DNA of 64,000 nucleotides. Source: the human T2T-CHM13v2.0 reference genome, Homo sapiens. Below, piece after piece: positions 56,880 to 64,000 of this stretch. The stretch lies in the NCBI RefSeq assembly GCF_009914755.1, contig NC_060945.1; one strand, given 5' to 3'. The notes beneath the pieces were generated by a model. It saw nothing but the letters and a program-made list of their open reading frames with translations, ran no database searches and was not told where the DNA came from. Positions within the stretch are counted from its first letter, which is position 1, and the number at the start of each line of letters is the position of its first letter. The translations under genes and the position numbers were made by a program.

Positions 56880-59730
56880 TCTCCTGATCCCATCTATGTG
56901 TCTGTTTTTGCATCTGTGCCTGCAGTTTTTGTTACTATTGTTTATTAATGTGATCTTTAATGTGTAGCTGGCCAGTCTCCCCCAGTTAATCATCTTACGT
57001 GATATTATCACAAATGTGTTCATCTAGATATCCTTTAGAAATACTGAACAACTTTCTTTAAATTCTCCTTTTGAGATTTGTTTTGGAGTTTCACTAAATT
57101 TATAAATGAATTTAGAGAAAATTTACTTCTTCACAATACTGAGCCTTCTAATTCAAAAGAAAGGTATACTTCCATGTTTAAGTCATTATATGTCCCTCGG
57201 TAGAGTTTATTTTATGTAGCTCCATGCCTATTTCTTGATACCTTAATTCTCAAGGATGTGGGATGTCCTGTTGTCATGAATGGGGGGCCTCTTTACCTAT
57301 TAGGCACATACTAGCTGTGTGACCTTAGCAAATTACTTAACCTCTTTCTGCTTCAATTTCTCAGCTGCGATATGGGACGAGCAGTAGTACTACATCACAG
57401 TGTTGGTATACTAATTAGCTGAGCTAATTTTGTAAAGTACTTGGTATAGTGTTTGTCACAGACGCACTGCATGTGATGGTTAATTTAAAAAAAAATAGAT
57501 TAAAATTTGCAAATTCTTTTTCCAGTTTGTTGTATCTTTTGACTTTGCCTGTGTTTGGTTTTTTGTTTTGGCCTTTGAAAAAAAGTGCATACATATATAC
57601 ATTCAAATATGCTAAACATGTTTTAATAAGGATAATGGATTTGGGTCCACTGGAAAGGGCTTCCCAACTCCAAGTTTCTAAAGAAACCCTTTCCTGTTTT
57701 CTTTTAGAATATTTATGATTTGATTTTTAACACTTTAATCTGTTTGGAATGTATGCTCAGGCAAGATGTGAGGTATGATTTTACCCAGTTGTTGAATGGT
57801 TTGCCCTGTTGTTCCAACATTATTCTTTAAATAATTCATCCTTTCCATTGGTTTGACATGAAACTTTATCACACACTTAATCGTTGTGTGTGTTTGGGCT
57901 TCTTTTTTGACTTTATTTTTCCACTTACACTTCTCTTCCTCTTGTCTGTCCAAGCACTTGCCAGCACTAGGCTGTATTATAGTTTAAAAATTAATACTAG
58001 CCATCATGGCTGCTTCATTCACATTACCCTTCTATTTCAAAATTTCCATGGATATTTTTATTTTTTCATATGAGCATTTAAATCAGCTGTTATACACTCC
58101 CCTAACAAATATTTATTGTAATTTTATTGGGATCACATACGTTTATAATTTAACTTAGGGAGACTTGACACCTTTCTGATGTTGAATTATCCTGTCTAAG
58201 AAGGGGAAGTGTGTTTCCATTTGTTAGTTTTTCCCTTTTTGTTCCTTAAGAGCATTTTAAAGTTTCCTTGATTGCTATCTTGCCAATTTCTTATTAAATG
58301 TATTTGTAGGTATTGATCTTTTTGGTTGTTAATGCAAATGAGGCCTTTTCTTCCACTAAATCTCCTAACTGGTTGTTGTTTGTGAATACGAAAACTGGTG
58401 ATTTCTATGTATTAATTCTTACTGTGTTTCATAGTAAATTATTTTGTTTGAGATTTTTCAGGTATTTTGGAGTGTCCAGGTATACAATTGTATCATATGC
58501 AAATACCCATAGTATTTCTTCATTCTTTCTAATTTTAGACCTCTGTTTTCTTTCTCCTATCTAATTACATTGTCCGGTACCTGTAGCATAGTGTTTAATA
58601 GTAATGGGCATTTTAAAAATTTTGTTCCTAGCTTTTTAAACTGGTACTAGTGGCTGAGAGATATATAACTTATTATGTTGAGGAAATAGCCATTTATTTC
58701 TATTTGATTGAGAATTTTATTAAAAGTTTTACAATTTTATTAGATGTCTTTCATCATCTATGGAAGACATCTGATTTATTGAATAGATTTAAGAACATGT
58801 TGAATTATATTACTAGACATCCTAATATTGAATCATGTGCATTTCTAGAATAACTTCTGTTTGGTCATGATATCTTTTAATGTGCTTAAGATTATGCTTT
58901 ATTTAGCATTTTTCTAACTGTAATTGCAAATTTAGTTGGTCTGTAGTTTTCTTTTTCTGTCAGTGTTGTATGTCAAGTGTCACTGTTTGCTTCATAGAAA
59001 TAATTTGGATGTTTTTCCTTTTTTCTAGGCTCTAGATATGGCATTATGTACTCTTTAAAAATGTGGTAGAATTCCCTTCAGACACTCTCTGGTCCTGGTG
59101 TTATTTTGAGAGGCAGTGCCTTGATGAGTTTCTCTGTCTTCTACGGAAATAATCTGTTCAGATTTTTTATCTCTACTGTATCAGTTTTGATAAATTATAT
59201 TTTCTTATAAAATTATTCATCTAAGTTTCCAAATTAAGCAGAACAGTGTTATGATTTTTTAAATTTCTCCTGCTTTTATAGTTGTTTTCCCTGATTTCCT
59301 ATATTGTATGTTTTTATGCACACACACACTCTCTCTCTCTCTCAAATTCTTAGCTCATGACTTATCTATTTTATTAAGAATTTTTTTCCTAAAGGTTTAA
59401 TTCATTAGTTCTACTATTTAATGCTCTTATTACTTTGTTTTTGTTTTTATTACTTTTGCCTTGTTTAGTTTTGATTGATAATTCACTTGTTTTCATTCTG
59501 TTACACTGGCATAAGCATTTATGGCAATAAATATTCCTCTACGCACTGATGTAATTGTTTTTCAAATATTCTGATATGTCTTTATTTTCTAAAAAGTCTA
59601 CATTTCTTCTGTTTATTTTCTCTTTCACCAAAGAGGAGTTTAAGAGACATTTTTGAAATTTTTTAGTGGAAGGTGCTTTTTGTTTTCTGGTAATTTCCAC
59701 TCGAGTTGCCCTGTGATTATAAGTGTGGTC
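56880..59730 (-). mobile_element. Ancient L1M fragments with a MIR (~57300-57480)
   Basis: Degraded T-rich L1 ORF2-like sequence; boundaries approximate. Confidence 0.55.
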
Positions 59731-59735
59731 TATAA

Positions 59736-60099
59736 CAGTGGTCTCCAACCTTTTTGGCACCGGGGACCGGTTTAGTGGAAGACAGTTTTTCCACGGGTGG
59801 GAGGTGGGGGATAGTTTTGAGAAGAAACTGTTCCACCTCCGATCATCAGGCATTAGTTAAGATACTCATAAGGAGCCTGTAATCTAGATCCCTCGCCTGC
59901 GCGGTTCACAACAGGATTGCTCTCCTATGAGAATCTAATGCCGCCTCCGCTGATCTGGCAGGAGGCGGAGCTCAGGCGGTAATGTTCCCTCGCTCACCTC
60001 CTGCTGTTAGGAACTAGGCTGCTCACCTCCTTCTGTGCAGCCTGGTTCCTAATAGACCACAGACCGGTACCAGTCCACGGCCCGGGGTTGGGGAAACAG
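59736..60099 (+). mobile_element. MER1B hAT-Charlie element
   Basis: cagtggtctccaacctttttggcacc...tcctatgagaatctaatgcc...ggggttgggg. Confidence 0.85.
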
Positions 60100-62469
60100 G
60101 TCCAGGATGTGGAACTTGAGATTTTCTTTATGGCTCAGCACAGACCAGTTTGCATGTTCTATGGGTGCTTGAAAAGAAGGTGCATTCTTTCCTTCGTGGT
60201 AGATAATTTGAACTATATCCATTGATGCTATTCTATTATGCTGTGTAGCTTTGCCATATCTTTACTCTTTAATGTGATCTGTCCTGGACTGAGAGAACTG
60301 ACGCCTACTACCAATGTGTTTTTATCTGTTTCTGTTGCACTCAGCTAATCTCTGTGTTATAAACATTGCTGCTGTATTGCTTTGTCCGTACGTATTATGT
60401 GTTATAGACCTAGGAATCTCTCCTTTAAAAAATAAGGCAAAGTGCTTCGCTTTGAAACATTTAATGCCTTTGGTGTGAATTACTCCTTGACTGGAATGAA
60501 GTCTCCAGACCTCGCTCTGTGGTTGTTTGCAGTGGCATCCTAGGAAGTACCCATCCCTTTATTTCTTTTCCTATTAATTCCCTCTTTCACCATGGAATGA
60601 TGGACCAGCTATTCACAGGAGGCTCCACAAGCGCAGAGGGTGTGGGCGGCCTTCCAGTTTCCACCCAACCTTCCAGGCGTGTCTTCCAATAGTCCCCGTG
60701 TCTCTGCGGCCAGGGAGACAGTCTGTCTTCTGGGAACCCGGAGCATGTGCGTGTACGGTTGCAGAGCCTAACTCTTCTGACTCAGTGTCCATGAACCCCA
60801 CTGCCCTGCAGCCCCGCTTGCCTGCTTTTCCATTCCCACTGTGAGAAGGAGGGATACGGCTTTGACGTTTCGTGCTGAGCTCCTCACTAGGGAATGTTTT
60901 TGGTGCCTTCTGAGGCTGGGCGCTGCCGAACCCTCTGACCACTAGCACCCCCGTCTCCTCGTCCCCTCGTCCCCTCCCCACGCTCTCCGCCCCGCCCCAG
61001 GGTTGCAGCTCCTGCACATTCTTTGCCCTCTGCGCCTCCCTCTGCCCCCGAGTTTCACTGGAAATGCAGCCTTTGGGGATCTGTGGTTCGTTTTGTTTTG
61101 TTTCATTTTTCTTGTTGTTCTTCTGGGATTTCCAGGAGAAGGGAGCAGTTGCTAACTTATATGTGATGTTTACACTGGAAGTTTTTATTGGATATATTTT
61201 GCCCTTCAGTACTCATTGTATGTTTTTTGTATCATTTTAAGGTTTTTTTCTACAGGAATGTTTTAGTTTGGTTATTTAAATGTTTTTAACTTTTTATTGA
61301 AACTTGGATAATGATTTATTACAGAAATGCTCGCAGCTGTGTTATTCAAGGTGGAAAAAAATTGAGGTGATCTAAGTGTCCAACAGTAAAGAAATCGAGT
61401 AATTGTTACACACCCATAGGGTGGATTATTCAGTAGCCATTAAAAATAGACTTTAACCATTTTAAGGTCAGGAAATAATATTATTATTAAAAGAAAAAAT
61501 ATAAACTGTCTATGCAGTGTGATGCACAATTTTGAATGCACACTTCCCACACACACACACACACAGAGAAAAGAAAAAAGACCAAAGACCAGAAATAAAT
61601 GTACCAACAAGTCAAAGAAGTGAGGTTAACAAAATTACAAGTAATCTAAAATATTCTTGGAAAAAGTCTGTATTTCCTAAAAATATATCATTTTTCCAAT
61701 CAAAATATAAATCAGCCTATTATCATCTTCCTGGCCCCACATTTGATCTCGTTCCTGTTCCACTCCCTGTCTTGGTGGATGGTGCCCCGGCCCCCATAGC
61801 CTGGGATGGAAGCCTGAGTCATTCCTGCCTCCTCCGTTCCCTTCACTCCCCATACCTGACTGGTCATGAATCCTTTTGGTTCTGCCCCCTAAACAGCTCC
61901 AATCTTTGCACCTTCACTGGGATTGTTCTAATGATCTGTCTTCTGATCTTGAGTTAGTTATTTTCTTATTTATCTCCCAGCCTTTATCCTCTCCCACCTT
62001 GATACCACTTCTCCATGGATTGTGCCAGTACCAGCCTAAACACTTCCCATGGCTCCCTGCAGCCTACAGGAGAAAATGCAAATTCAACCAGTCAAGGCCA
62101 GCCCCAGTCTGACTCGAATCTACCTCTCCCGCCACACACCTGCTGCACTCCAGTCTCTAGGGACTCTGAATTCTAGCATTGAACCTAGAGTCAAGAATGA
62201 CCATCAAATTCTGTCAGCACTGGCCACACAACAGACTCTGAGCAACCAGCACAAATCCTGGCCATGCCAGCTGCCATGGGCGGCCAAATCTTCCCTGCCT
62301 AGAACTTAATAGATGCTCAACAGACATGGCTTGAACACATGAGGAATGGAGGGAGGTGATTCAGTCTGATGCCCCTTTTCAGACAGAACGAGTGTTAAGC
62401 CATGCTAGGAAAATGATGATGTCTCAACTTAGAGTTGTTAAAGAGTAGAAACCCCAGATTCCGCATGGC

Positions 62470-63574
62470 TGATACACAGCAGGCGAGCCCTAAAATTGGG
62501 GCTTAGCCCAGGAGGGTTCTTGGCTTCGCCCAGCAAAGAACTCAAGGGTGAGCTGATGGTGTTAGGCAGCAGCTTTTATTGAAGTGGCTGTGTGCACAGC
62601 AGCAGCAGAGGTACTGCTGTTTGCAGAGCAGGGCTACCCTGTAGGCAGTGTGCCTAGAGTAGCAGCCCAGAGGCAGTTCTGTGGTCACGTTTATACCCAC
62701 TTTTAATTATATGCAAATTAAAATGTGGATTATGCAAAAATTTCTAAAAATAGTGTGGTAACTTCCTGGTCATTGGGTCATGGCCATGGAAAGGGGCGGC
62801 AACATTCAGGTGTTTCCCTGGCAATGGTAAACTGACATGGCACTGGTGGGCAGGTCTTACGGAGAGAGGCTTTTGCCTCTTTCCTGTTTCAGCTAGTCCT
62901 TAATCTAGTCCTTCATCTTGGTTTGGTGTCCAAGCTCTACAGAGTCAAGTCCCACCTCCTACTGAGAGATGAAGCCAGCTGGGCTTCTGGGTCATGTAGG
63001 GAACTTGGAGAAGGGAACTTGGAGAACTTTTCTGTCTAGCTAAAGGATTGTAAATGCACCAATCAGCGCTCTGTGTCTAGCTAATCAGTATTCCGTAAAA
63101 ACGGACCAATCAGTACTCTGTAAAATGGACCAATCAGTTCGCTGTAAAATGGACCAATCAGCTCGCTGTAAAATGGACCAATTTGCAGGATGTGGGTGGG
63201 GCCAAATAAGGGAATGAAAGCCTGCCACCCCAGCCAGCAGCGGCAACCAGCTGGGGTCCTCTTCCAGTCTGTGGAAGTTTTGTTGTTTCACTCTTTGCAA
63301 TAAATCTTGCTGCTGCTCACTCTTTGGGTCTGCACCACCTTTATGAGGTGTAACACTCACAGTGAAGGTCTGCAGCTACACTCCTGAAGCCAGCGAGACC
63401 ACGAACCCACAGGAAGGAAGAAACTCCAGACATATCTGAACATCTGAAGGAACAAACTCCGGACACACCATCTTTAAGAACTGTAACACTCACTGCGAGG
63501 GTCACAGATTCATTCTTGAAGTTAGCAAGACCAAGAACCCACAGGAAGGAACCAATTCCGGACACACTACTTCA
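62470..63574 (-). mobile_element. MER66-like ERV1 LTR split near its terminus by LTR12
   Basis: gagtcaagtcccacctcctac|...|ttca reconstructs the LTR end; octamer ATGCAAAT at 62711. Confidence 0.7.
62963..63566 (+). mobile_element. LTR12 (ERV9; LTR12F-like) solo LTR, 604 bp
   Basis: tgagagatgaagccagctggg start, tandem ccaatcag repeats, ccggacaca end; TSD CTAC (62959-62962, 63567-63570). Confidence 0.92.
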
Positions 63575-64000
63575 CAGCAACCATTGCAATACCACTTAAT
63601 GTTTTGATTGAGCAGTGTCAGGTCAGGGCATGCTCCTGTGTTATCTCCATACTTGTCCTTGCACTTTTGCTTTTCCCTTTAATCCTTTCAGCAACCTCAC
63701 TGGGTAGCTAGAACAGACAGTATCATGTGTTATAGAAAACAGAGGCTCTATCGCTCAGTGCTTTGCTGGGTGCCTTTCCAGTCAGGATGTCCAAATTGGT
63801 CAACTGACTTGTACGAATCTTATTACTTATTAAATCCTTGGGAATTTCAGAGGCATATACTTATTTCAGTTGTAAGATTATTTCTTTATTCTGTATTCAC
63901 CAACCTTGTGCACTGTCGCTTCATTTCCTTGGCCCATGTTTTATATGATTCAAGTTTGAGTTACCATCTTCCTTCTGTGAACTTTTATGCATTAAGGGCA

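Noticed and set aside
63085-63565. Antisense ORFs with repeated WSILQ motif
   Set aside because: Translation of LTR12 CCAAT tandem repeats

Overview
Human (primate) genomic DNA containing the 3' part of BACE2 (beta-secretase 2, an A1 aspartyl protease on chr21q22) on the + strand. It runs from the end of intron 2 through coding exons 3-9 (all GT-AG), a ~7 kb 3' UTR with tandem polyA signals ending near 52.9 kb, and ~11 kb of downstream intergenic DNA. Exons 1-2 (signal/propeptide and the first catalytic DTG) lie upstream of the window. Much of the rest is interspersed repeats: Alu, MIR, L1, L2, MaLR/ERV solo LTRs (LTR7, MER4, MER11, LTR12, MER66) and hAT MERs, several nested with readable target-site duplications (TSDs). 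Almost all ORFs in the supplied track are chance or repeat-derived. I found no prokaryotic-type system. The best leads are regulatory and all untested: a MITF/AP-1 composite present twice, a 43-bp VNTR multiplying TFAP2 and E-box motifs, and a palindromic HIF-type element, all in introns 5-7; plus a young L1 lacking a TSD, ERV solo LTRs placed to act on BACE2, and inverted Alus around in-frame exon blocks. Repeat subfamily names come from recalled consensus sequences and need RepeatMasker/Dfam confirmation.
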